Part shown: piece by piece, positions 25,020 through 36,199 of the stretch | Layout: every line of letters starts with the position of its first letter | Position numbering within the stretch: position 1 is the stretch's first letter | From: Eledone cirrhosa | Taxonomy: Eukaryota | Assembly: GCA_964016885.1 (NCBI GenBank) | Contig: OZ024754.1 | Span: forward strand, 16,554,001 to 16,618,000 | Direction: 5' to 3' | Length of the DNA stretch: 64,000 nt | The notes under the pieces: generated by a model | The model's input: only the letters and a program-made list of their open reading frames with translations | Database searches by the model: none | What the model was told of the DNA's origin: nothing | Translations under genes and position numbers: made by a program

Positions 25020-25427
25020 GAGTGACTGGTAGGATGGTGATGTGGTGATGTGGTGGTATGGTGATGTGGTGATGTGGTGGTGGTGTGGTGGTGTGGTGGT
25101 GGTGTGGTGGTGGTGTGGTGGTATGGTGGTGTGGTGGTGGTGTGGTGGTGTGGCGGTGGTGTGGTGGTGTGGTGGTATGGTAGTATGGTGGTGTGGTGGT
25201 GTGGTGGTGTGGTGGTATGGTGGTGGTGGTATGGTGGTATGGTGGTATGGTGGTGTGGTGGTAGAGGGTCGGACGCCATACTTTCTAGCATAGTTACGTC
25301 CCTTTACAGTCTGAGTTCAAATCCCGCCGAGGTTAACTTTGCCTTTCATCCTTACGGGGTCAATAAAATAAAGTACCAGTAATGTACTGAGTAATTGCTG
25401 GCCTTGTGCCTAAAGTAGAAACAATTA
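25020..25427 (+). mobile_element. SINE family A with a (GGT/GTGGT)n tract (25035-25260) at or within its head
   Basis: The microsatellite runs directly into ggtagagggtcggacgcc and the rest of an intact SINE. Confidence 0.8.
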
Positions 25428-25834
25428 TCTGTTATATAATGAGATGATGTTATGATGAATCTTTAACATATGTAAATCATAGTCACTTGATTGGTTGCTG
25501 TTTTGATTAGAAATAACAGATTGAAAATTGACTCATGTCAGACCTTGACAGCAAGAGGTAATATATTTCATTTATCTTCCAAAATAATAACCCCCCCCCC
25601 ACCCCCACACACACACTTGTCTATGTAAAATGTAGAAATTATGACAAATATATATATATGTGTGTATGCAAGTAGTATCAGTATATATTTGTATATATAT
25701 AGTGTATAGTGCAAATGGGATCACCATCCTACCAGTCACTCCATTTGAAACTTCTAACATCATTAACAAATTATGTATCGTCTGACAAAATGAAATATAT
25801 ATATACATATATATGTGTGTGTGTGTATATATAT

Positions 25835-25915
25835 ATATAGTGCAAGTGGAAACTATATATATATATGTGTGTGTGTATATATATATATATATATAGTGCA
25901 AGTGGGAACAATATA

Positions 25916-25958
<43 letters not shown>

Positions 25959-26033
25959 CAAATGGGAACTATATATGTGTGTGTGTGTATATATATATAG
26001 TGGAAGTGGGAACTATATATATATGTGTGTGTG

Positions 26034-26065
<32 letters not shown>

Positions 26066-26212
26066 GTGCAAATGGGAACTATATATGCATGTCTGTGTAT
26101 ATATATAAATATATAGTGCAAGTGGGAACTATATATGTGTGTGTGTGTGTGTGTGTGTATGTAGTGCAAGTGGGAACTATATATGTGTGTCTGTGTGTAT
26201 ATATATATATAC
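25835..26212. repeat. Minisatellite: tagtgcaartgggaact core plus variable (TA)n(TG)n, about 8 units
   Basis: The core recurs about every 45-60 bp. A degenerate unit reappears at ~27090, beyond the RTE insertion. Confidence 0.85.
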
Positions 26213-27074
26213 ACCACTATTGGCCGCTAAAGGGTTCTCTCTAAAAATGAAAGGCAGGATGTATGATGCCTGCATACGAACAGCAATGTTACATGGCAGT
26301 GAGACCTGGGCATTGTGTGCAGAGGATATACGCAGACTGGAGAGGAACGAAGCTTGCATGCTCCGCTGGATGTGTAACAGTAATATACGTGAACGGCAAA
26401 GCATAAACGAACTAAGGGAGAAATTAGGAATAAGAGGGATCAGATGTTGTTTACTCGAGAGAAGACTACGTTGGTACGGTCACGTGATGCGCATGAAAGA
26501 CGACAGCTGTATAAAAAAAGTGCTGGGCGATAAAAATAGACGGTAACCACCCACGGAGTAGGCAGACCCAGAAAAACCTGGGACAACTTGATAAATTCCG
26601 ACCTCACACCTCTCCAAGACAATGTCACTGGACCGAGAGCTTTGGCGCTACACAGTTATACAGAAGACCCGCCTTGCCTAAGTACAAAGTGAAACCTACA
26701 GTCAGTAGGCACCTCTAACGAAATACAACCCATCCCACTACCCCAACCCCATCCACACCACCCCCTTAAATGTGAAGTTATGTTGGTACCACAACATCCA
26801 GTCCGAAACAAATGAGGTCGTGTAGGTGTCACGACAAAAAAAAAAAACACACAGTCCACGCTGTAATGTGGCCGTGTAGGTAACACGGTAAAAACCTCCC
26901 AGTCCACACTGTAAACATGGTTGGTGTTAGGAAGGGCATCCAGCCGTAGAAAACCTGCCAGACAGTCCTATACGAGCAGGACAACCAATCTTGCCTCAAG
27001 TGGGAAAACTCCCGTCCAAACCCATGCAAGCGTGGAAGATGGACGTTAAACGATGATGATGATGATGATGATGA
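26213..27074 (+). mobile_element. 5'-truncated RTE-clade LINE (ORF C-terminus, long 3' UTR, (GAT)n tail)
   Basis: PLLAAKGFSLKMKGRMYDACIRTAMLHGSETW...RRLRWYGHVMRM, frameshifted GVGRPRKTW, then UTR modules and ggacgttaaac(gat)n. Confidence 0.9.
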
Positions 27075-27317
27075 TATATATATACAGTATATAGTAGAAG
27101 TAGGAATTATATGTGCAAGTCTCAATGCGTCTGTGAATATGCATGTGTGTCTGTGTGTATGAAAAAGTCTGTAAAATAAATATTAGCAAATATTACCAAT
27201 TATGTATTTGTGTATGCATGAGTGTTTATCTATTTGTTTGTTTGTATATTATATATACTGTATATATATTATATATATACTATATGTATAGTATATATAT
27301 ACTATATACTGTAGGTA

Positions 27318-28288
27318 TCTGTATATATATAAAATTAAGTATGTCTGTGTGTTACCTATAGGGGCCTACATCTTACGACCGATTTTCATGAAACTTTACA
27401 GGCTCATAGATTAGTCATCGGGGAGTGTTTTCTATATACCAGCGTATCGTATTCTGCAGATAAAGGCGTCACCTTGTTTTAGGTATCGAAAAATAAGATT
27501 TTTGGCGCTAGCTCTTGCATTTTGCCACCGATTTCGTTCAAACTTTAAAGCAAAATAGAATTTATCATTGCACATCCTGTAATGGCTTTATATTTTGCAT
27601 TTGTTGTTCAGGGACGGCGTGGAAGCCGCTTAAATATTTAAAAATACCACTTTTAGACTCAAATTTCCATGTTTTTCGGCTCTACCTCCAACATTAATCA
27701 ACCTACTTTGTTGAAATTTTACACTACGCTAGATCTGATTATTTTACGTCTTAAAGTGGCTTTACATTTTGGATTTTTTTGTTCAGGAACGGCCTGGCAG
27801 CCGCTTAAATATTCGAAAATACCACCTTTTTGCTCAAATTTCCGCCTTTTCAGCTCTAGCTCCCACATTTTTCAACCGATTTGTTCAAATTCGAAACTTC
27901 GGCTCCACCTCACACATAAATCAACTTATTTGGTTCAACTTTTATACTACGATAGAACCTATCATTGCACATCTTATAGATGGTCAAAGGCAAAACGATG
28001 GCCACTGACGTCGCCTGAGTTTTAGTTGTGTATTTGAGAAATGATCGGTTTCCAATCAAGTAGCGTGAGGAAATTTGGCTTAGTGTTAGAGGTCATTACT
28101 TCCCTCCCTCCGCATGCCCCTTCATCAGTCACCTGCGTTTCTCAGTGATAGAGGTCATCACCACCCTCCCCCGCATGGCCTGTGTGTGGCCATAGATAGT
28201 CATCGAGAAGCAGTCGCTAAGATCAACACCTTTTCATAAAAGCAGATATTATTTTACCTACCCAGGCAACGCTGGGTACAGCTCCTAG
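27318..28288 (+). mobile_element. Non-autonomous Helitron
   Basis: A|TCtgtatatatataaa 5' end. Subterminal hairpin cccaggcaacgctggg, then CTAG|T. Internal ~177-bp duplicated block (ttgttcagg.acggc.tgg.agccgcttaaatat). Confidence 0.75.
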
Positions 28289-28304
28289 TATTATATATAT
28301 CCCG

Positions 28305-28420
28305 CTTTACAGCATAGAGTTATGGCCCTTTACGCTCTGAGGTCAAATCCCGCCGAGGTCCACTTTGCCTTTCATCCTTACGGGGTCGAAAGAAAAGTAC
28401 CAGTTTAGTACTGGGGTCGA
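28305..28420 (+). mobile_element. SINE family A fragment
   Basis: gaggtcaaatcccgccgagg...gcctttcatccttacggggtcga. Confidence 0.75.
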
Positions 28421-28511
28421 TTCTACATCTCTTTCACATTTCCTCTCTCTCACTTTCTCTGGAAGAAATCTGCTGGAGAGGGGTTATCATGATCATCATC
28501 ATTGGTATCAT

Positions 28512-28734
28512 GAGTAGTATTATTATTATTATTATTAGTAGTAGTAGTAGTAGCAGCAGTAGTATTAGTAGCAGCAGCAGCAGTAGTAGTAGTAGCAGCA
28601 GCAGCAATAGTAGTGGTAGTAGTGGTAGCAGCAGCAGTAGTAGTAGCAGTAGCAGTGGTAGCAGTAGTAGTAGCAGCAGCAGTAGCAGTAGTAGCAGAAG
28701 TATTAACAGCAGCAGCAGTAGTAGCAGTAGTATT

Positions 28735-28805
<71 letters not shown>

Positions 28806-28992
28806 CAGTAGTACTAGTAGCAGCAGTAGTATTAGTATTAGTAGCAGCAGCAGCAGTAGTAGCAGCAGCAGCTGCAGTAGTAGTAGTAGCAGCAGCAGCA
28901 GAAGTAGTAGTTGTAGTAGTAGTGGTAGTAGTAGTAGTAACAGTAGTATTAGCAGCAGCAGCAGCAGCAGTGGTGGTAGTAGTAGTAGTAGT
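28512..28992. repeat. (AGT/AGC)n microsatellite
   Basis: Direct reading. Confidence 0.95.
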
Positions 28993-29619
28993 TGGAATTA
29001 CTCCAATACAACGTCTCTGTTGCCAAATTAAATGCTTGAGTAATTAGGAAGACCAAATATGTTTCACCTTCAATTAATCCTTATCATTTTAACAACAATT
29101 TCATTTAACTCAGTATTTATTGCAGTATTTATCTGAATTCTTTGTAGCAGTGTTCCCCTTTATTCAACTGGTTTGTCATTATATTGAATTCTACCTACTG
29201 CTGTCTATAAGGAAACCAACAAATGTAACTCTTGAAGCTTTTCATATTTATAGCAATGGTATATATTCCCTTGAATGCAAACAACTTCTCGTCTACAAAC
29301 ACACAACAAGAGCAGGAAAATAGCCATGCCTGTTGGCTAATCTGTTAGAAATTAATATTGCAAGAAAAAGGTTAATCTCTATTTTAGATGATTGGAACTT
29401 GTTAGTGAAGAATTTATTCCCTGCAGCAGAATCCCCCCCTGTAAAATTGTACATTGAGTGAAAATATGGCTTCTCTGAGTAATTTTAGGGTAAAAAAGGA
29501 TTAGTGGAATATCTTTGCAGAGAGTAATGGCTGCTACACCAAAACATGTAAAAAAAGACATGTGACAAGAAATATCTCTTAGAAATAAGTGTTTTCGTTG
29601 AAAATTGAAAATTGGTTGC

Positions 29620-30052
29620 AAACAACAACAGCAGCAGCAGTATCAACAAGAACAACAACAATATCAACCAGAACAATATCAACAACAACAGCCACAACAA
29701 CAATATCAGCAACAGCCAAATCTACAATAACAACAGCAACAACAATATCACCAATATCAACAACAACAATATCAACAACAACAAAATCAACAAGCACCAC
29801 CAACAACAACAACAACAATATCAACAACAACAGCATTATCAACAACAAACACCACCACCACTACCAACAACAACAACAATATCAACAACAACAGCAATAT
29901 CAACAACAAACACCACCACCACCACCACTACCAACAACAACAACAATATCAACAAGCACCACCACCAACAACAACAACAACAAGAAGCACCACCACCACG
30001 AACAACAACAACAACATCAACAACAAGCACCACCACCAACAACAACAAACAG

Positions 30053-30084
<32 letters not shown>

Positions 30085-32525
30085 TCAACAACAAGCACCA
30101 CCACCAACAACAACAATATCAACAACAAGCACCACCACCACCACCACCACCACCAACAACAACATCAACATCAACAACAAGCAGCAGCACCACCACCACC
30201 AACATCAACAACATCAACAACAAGCAGCACCACCAACAACAACAACAATATCAACAACAAGCAGCACCACCAACAACAACAACAACATCAACAACAAGCA
30301 GCACCAACAACAACATCAACAACAAGCAGCACCAACAACAACAACAACCAGCACCACCAACAACATCAACAACAAGCACCACCAACAACATCAACAACAA
30401 GCAGCACCAACAACAACAACAACCAGCACCACCAATAACATCAACAACAAGCACCACCAACAACATCAACAACAAGCACCACCAACAACATCAACAACCA
30501 GCACCACCAACAACATCAACAACAAGCACCACCAACAACATCAACAACAAGCACCACCAACAACAACAACAACAAGCAGCACCAACAACATCAACAACAA
30601 GCACCACCAACAACAACAACAACAAGCAGCACCAACAACATCAACAACAAGCACCCCCAACAACAACAACAACAAGCAGCACCAACAACATCAACAACAA
30701 GCACCACCAACAACAACAACAACAAGCAGCACCAACAACATCAACAACAAGCACCACCAACAACAACAACAACAAGCAGCACCAACAACAACAACAACCA
30801 GCACCACCAACAACATCAACAACAAGCAGCCCCAACAACATCAACAACAAGCAGCACCAACAACATCAACAACAAGCACCACCAACAACAACAACAACAA
30901 GCAGCACCAACAACATCAACAACAAGCAGCACCAACAACAACAACAACCAGCACCACCAACAACATCAACAACAAGCACCACCAACAACATCAACAACAA
31001 GCACCACCAACAACATCAACAACCAGCACCACCAACAACATCAACAACAAGCACCACCAACAACAACAACAACAAGCAGCACCAACAACATCAACAACAA
31101 GCACCACCAACAACATCAACAACAAGCACCACCAACAACATCAACAACAAGCAGCACCAACAACAACAACAACCAGCACCACCAACAACATCAACAACAA
31201 GCACCACCAACAACATCAACAACAAGCACCACCAACAACATCAACAACCAGCACCACCAACAACATCAACAACAAGCACCACCAACAACAACAACAACAA
31301 GCAGCACCAACAACATCAACAACAAGCACCACCAACAACATCAACAACAAGCACCACCAACAACATCAACAACAAGCACCACCAACAACATCAACAACAA
31401 GCACCACCAACAACAACAACAACAAGCACCACCAACAACATCAACAACAAGCACCACCAACAACATCAACAACAAGCACCACCAACAACATCAACAACAA
31501 GCAGCACCAACAACAACAACAACCAGCACCACCAACAACATCAACAACAAGCACCACCAACAACATCAACAACAAGCACCACCAACAACAACAACAACAA
31601 GCAGCACCAACAACATCAACAACAAGCACCACCAACAACATCAACAACAAGCACCACCAACAACATCAACAACAAGCAGCACCAACAACAACAACAACCA
31701 GCACCACCAACAACATCAACAACAAGCACCACCAACAACATCAACAACAAGCACCACCAACAACATCAACAACAAGCACCACCAACAACATCAACAACAA
31801 GCAGCACCAACAACAACAACAACCAGCACCACCAACAACATCAACAACAAGCACCACCAACAACATCAACAACAAGCACCACCAACAACATCAACAACAA
31901 GCACCACCAACAACATCAACAACAAGCACCACCAACAACAACAACAACAAGCAGCACCAACAACATCAACAACAAGCACCACCAACAACATCAACAACAA
32001 GCACCACCAACAACATCAACAACAAGCAGCACCAACAACAACAACAACCAGCACCACCAACAACATCAACAACAAGCAGCACCAACAACATCAACAACAT
32101 CAACAACAAGCAGCACCAACAACAACAACAACCAGCACCACCAACAACATCAACAACAAGCACCACCAACAACAACAACAACAAGCAGCACCAACACCAA
32201 CAACAATATCAACAACAAGCACCAACAACAACAACAATATCAACAACAAGCAGCACCACCACCACCACCACCACCACCAACAACAACAACAATATCAACA
32301 AGCAGCACCACCACTAATAACAACAACAACAAGCAGCACCAACAACAACAACAATATCAACAACAAGCACCACCACCACCACCACCAACAACAACAATAT
32401 CAACAACAAGCAGCACCACCACCAACAACAACAATATCAACAACAAGCAGCACCACCACCAACAACAACAATATCAACAAGCACCTCCACCAACAACAAC
32501 AACAACAACAACATCAACAACAAGC

Positions 32526-32559
<34 letters not shown>

Positions 32560-32594
32560 TCAACAACAAGCACCACCACCACCAACAACAACAG
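29620..32594. repeat. (CAA/CAC)n-derived array with a 25-bp minisatellite core (caacaacatcaacaacaagcaccac, ~30290-32190)
   Basis: accaacaaca recurs at 30481, 30506, 30531 and onward. The flanks are looser trinucleotide runs. Confidence 0.93.
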
Positions 32595-33023
32595 TAAATA
32601 TATAAAATGCAGTACATTTAATGTTGAAAGTTTCATGTGAAGTCTCTGACAATATCCACAATTTGATAGCTTTTCAAACTTACTTCTGTTGATTCAGAAT
32701 TAATTTTAGCAGGAAAAACCCACATTGAATGATGATGGCAATGATGATGATGGCAATGATGAGGATAGTGATGATGATGATGTTGTTGATGATGATGAAA
32801 TCACACTGGAACATTTCTTGCAGAAAAATTTGTTATAATATTTTTTTTAATTGTTAGAAATAATAATTTGAGGGACACGTAGGTGATTTCTGAGATGGGG
32901 ACCAGTTCAATATCTCTCATATAAAAGCTCCCAGGTAGAATCCTCTGTATAGTTACCATCTCTTTAATATATATCTCTATATTATATTGTTGCTGACATA
33001 ATCTAACTTATATTTATATGATA

Positions 33024-33613
33024 CTAGCAGTGGTACCCGGCGTTGCACGGGATAAGGTATTGTGAAATATATAACCACCTTAGCTAAGCTTAGTATTGCC
33101 ACCACCACGGCTGGCAAAGAAGTAAAGGTCTGGTGGTACACAAGTAAGCAACACTGTGGCTTAAATGTGACGAAGAAGTTGTGTGCACTTACCAACTGTT
33201 TGGGGAATGAGTGTGAGATTTGTCTTGAGCAAGGGTGGCAGAATAACCGGAGGCAGTAGACAGCCAGACATACAGACAGATATTATAAGGGTGCATTCTG
33301 GACGCAGAACGAATTGTAGGAAGTGACGTAATGCAGACAACCAGACATACAGACAGATATTATAAGGGCGCAACATTATATGTATGTATCTATCTAAAAA
33401 GAGAAAGACTAAGAATTATAGAGAGAGATCGCTAAATCGCCTAATGTGGTCCCTAGGGCATTGAAAATTTGAAATTTTTTTTAGCTCAGAACACTCCCTG
33501 AAGCAAGTATTACATGTATAAAGTTTGAAAACAGTCGGTTGGGTGCTTCTCTAGTTTTAGGGATTCAAACTCACACACACACAGACAGACATCCTCAGTT
33601 TTATATATATAGA
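33024..33613 (-). mobile_element. Non-autonomous Helitron
   Basis: The minus strand begins A|TCtatatatataaaa and ends with hairpin cccgtgcaacgccggg then CTAG|T; a (CAGA)n tract lies near the 5' end. Confidence 0.8.
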
Positions 33614-33624
33614 TACTGTTAAAA

Positions 33625-35662
33625 GTACCACCACACCTGTTGTTATACTGTTTTACCTGAGGTTCATCAGGCTGTTGTTATACCACCACACCTGTTGTTA
33701 TACTGTTTTACCTGTTGTTATCAGGCTGTTGTTATACCACCACACCTGTTGTTATACTGTTTTACCTGAGGTTCATCAGGCTGTTGTTATACCACCACAC
33801 CTGTTGTTATACTGTTTTACCTGAGGTTCATCAGGCTGTTGTTATACCACCACACCTGTTGTTATACTGTTTTACCTGAGGTTCATCAGGCTGTTGTTAT
33901 ACCACCACACCTGTTGTTATACTGTTTTACCTGAGGTTCATCAGGCTGTTGTTATACCACCACACCTGTTGTTATACTGTTTTACCTGAGGTTCATCAGG
34001 CTATTGTTATACCACCACACCTGTTGTTATACTGTTTTACCTGAGGTTCATCAGGCTGTTGTTATACCACCACACCTGTTGTTATACTGTTTTACCTGTT
34101 GTTATCAGGCTGTTGTTATACCACCACACCTGTTGTTATACTGTTTTACCTGTTGTTATCAGGCTGTTGTTATACCACCACACCTGTTGTTATACTGTTT
34201 TACCTGAGGTTCATCAGGCTATTGTTATACCACCACACCTGTTATACTGTTTTACCTGAGGTTCATCAGGCTGTTGTTATACCACCACACCTGTTGTTAT
34301 ACTGTTTTACCTGAGGTTCATCAGGCTATTGTTATACCACCACACCTGTTGTTATACTGTTTTACCTGAGGTTCATCAGGCTATTGTTATACCACCACAC
34401 CTGTTGTTATACTGTTTTACCTGAGGTTCATCAGGCTGTTGTTATACCACCACACCTGTTGTTATACTGTTTTACCTGAGGTTATCAGGCTGTTGTTATA
34501 CCACCACACCTGTTGTTATACTGTTTTACCTGAGGTTCATCAGGCTATTGTTATACCACCACACCTGTTGTTATACTGTTTTACCTGTTGTTATCAGACT
34601 GTTGTTATACCACCACACCTGTTGTTATACTGTTTTACCTGAGGTTCATCAGGCTATTGTTATACCACCACACCTGTTGTTATACTGTTTTACCTGTTGT
34701 TATCAGGCTGTTGTTATACCACCACATCTGTTGTTATACTGTTTTACCTGAGGTTCATCAGGCTATTGTTATACCACCACACCTGTTGTTATACTGTTTT
34801 ACCTGTTGTTATCAGGCTGTTGTTATACCACCACACCTGTTGTTATACTGTTTTACCTGTTGTTATCAGGCTGTTGTTATACCACCACACCTGTTGTTAT
34901 ACTGTTTTACCTGAGGTTCATCAGGCTGTTGTTATACCACCACACCTGTTGTTATACTGTTTTACCTGAGGTTCATCAGGCTGTTGTTATACCACCACAC
35001 CTGTTGTTATACTGTTTTACCTGTTGTTATCAGGCTGTTGTTATACCACCACACCTGTTGTTATACTGTTTTACCTGTTGTTATCAGGCTGTTGTTATAC
35101 CACCACACCTGTTGTTATACTGTTTTACCTGTTGTTATCAGGCTGTTGTTATACCACCACACCTGTTGTTATACTGTTTTACCTGTTGTTATCAGGCTGT
35201 TGTTATACCACCACACCTGTTGTTATACTGTTTTACCTGTTGTTATCAGGCTGTTGTTATACCACCACACCTGTTGTTATACTGTTTTACCTGTTGTTAT
35301 CAGGCTATTGTTATACCACCACACCTGTTGTTATACTGTTTTACCTGAGGTTCATCAGGCTGTTGTTATACCACCACACCTGTTGTTATACTGTTTTACC
35401 TGTTGTTATCAGGCTGTTGTTATACCACCACACCTGTTGTTATACTGTTTTACCTGAGGTTCATCAGGCTGTTGTTATACCACCACACCTGTTGTTATAC
35501 TGTTTTACCTGTTGTTATCAGGCTGTTGTTATACCACCACACCTGTTGTTATACTGTTTTACCTGAGGTTCATCAGGCTGTTGTTATACCACCACACCTG
35601 TTGTTATACTGTTTTACCTGAGGTTCATCAGGCTATTGTTATACCACCACACCTGTTGTTAT
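33625..35662. repeat. Satellite of 55/54-bp monomers (ataccaccacacctgttgttatactgttttacctgaggttcatcaggctgttgtt)
   Basis: Direct reading. Two monomer types (cctgaggttcatcagg / cctgttgttatcagg). Confidence 0.97.
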
Positions 35663-35671
35663 CACAATCTG

Positions 35672-35953
35672 AGTCTAAAGTATATCGTGAGCCCAGAAGT
35701 TCATCAGGCTGGTGCTTATCCAAGTTTCCGTGGCGTGAAGTGACTGAGAGTACAAGACTTCCCCCTGGACAGGGTGCCAGCCCCCTGCAGGGTTAAATCC
35801 CCAGTAATTGTTGGTACTCACTTTCAGCTGAGTATACTGGAGCAGCATGAAGTGTTTTGCTCAAGAACACAACACACAACACACTCCAAGAATCGAACCC
35901 ACGATGTTATGATCATAAGTCCAACACCCTTAACACTAAGCCACACACCTCCT
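35672..35953 (-). mobile_element. tRNA-derived SINE with CORE-like and V-domain-like segments
   Basis: Minus strand: tggcttagtgttaagg (A box), gggttcgattc (B box), gttcttgagcaaaacactt (CORE-like), ccctgcag..ctggcaccctgtccagggg (V-like), 3' end gcctgatgaacttctgggctc. Domain names are from memory. Confidence 0.75.
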
Positions 35954-35964
35954 CAATACATGGA

Positions 35965-36122
35965 TGTAACCTGGTGAAATAGTTAAGAAGCTTGCTTCAC
36001 AAGCATAAGGAACTAGCTTCAATCCTACTGTGGAATCTTGAGCAAGTGTCTTTTACCATAGCCTTTGGTCAACCCAAGCCTTCTGAGAGAAATTTGGCAG
36101 ACAATAACAGTGTAGAAGCCTA
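35965..36122 (+). mobile_element. Degenerate tRNA/CORE-type SINE 5' part
   Basis: gttaagaagcttgcttc...cttgagcaagtgtctt...atagcc...aagcctt. Confidence 0.6.
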
Positions 36123-36199
36123 TTAGAAGAACTATGCCTGTAATTAAAAAAGACAGATTTGACACACACTGTGACACCCCCATTCTGCCTGGGGATTAC

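Noticed and set aside
29589-32597. 1002-aa and 901-aa Q/T/N-rich ORFs as mucin- or prion-like genes
   Set aside because: Overlapping frames are open only because the strand has almost no T. The 25-bp period is incompatible with codon-level selection, and the starts are non-ATG.
33625-35662. Hammerhead-like CTGATGA-acct c aggt-AAAAC on the minus strand of each 55-bp monomer
   Set aside because: AAAA replaces GAAA, and no stem I, stem III or NUH site can be formed. The CTGATGA is explained by the neighbouring SINE end.
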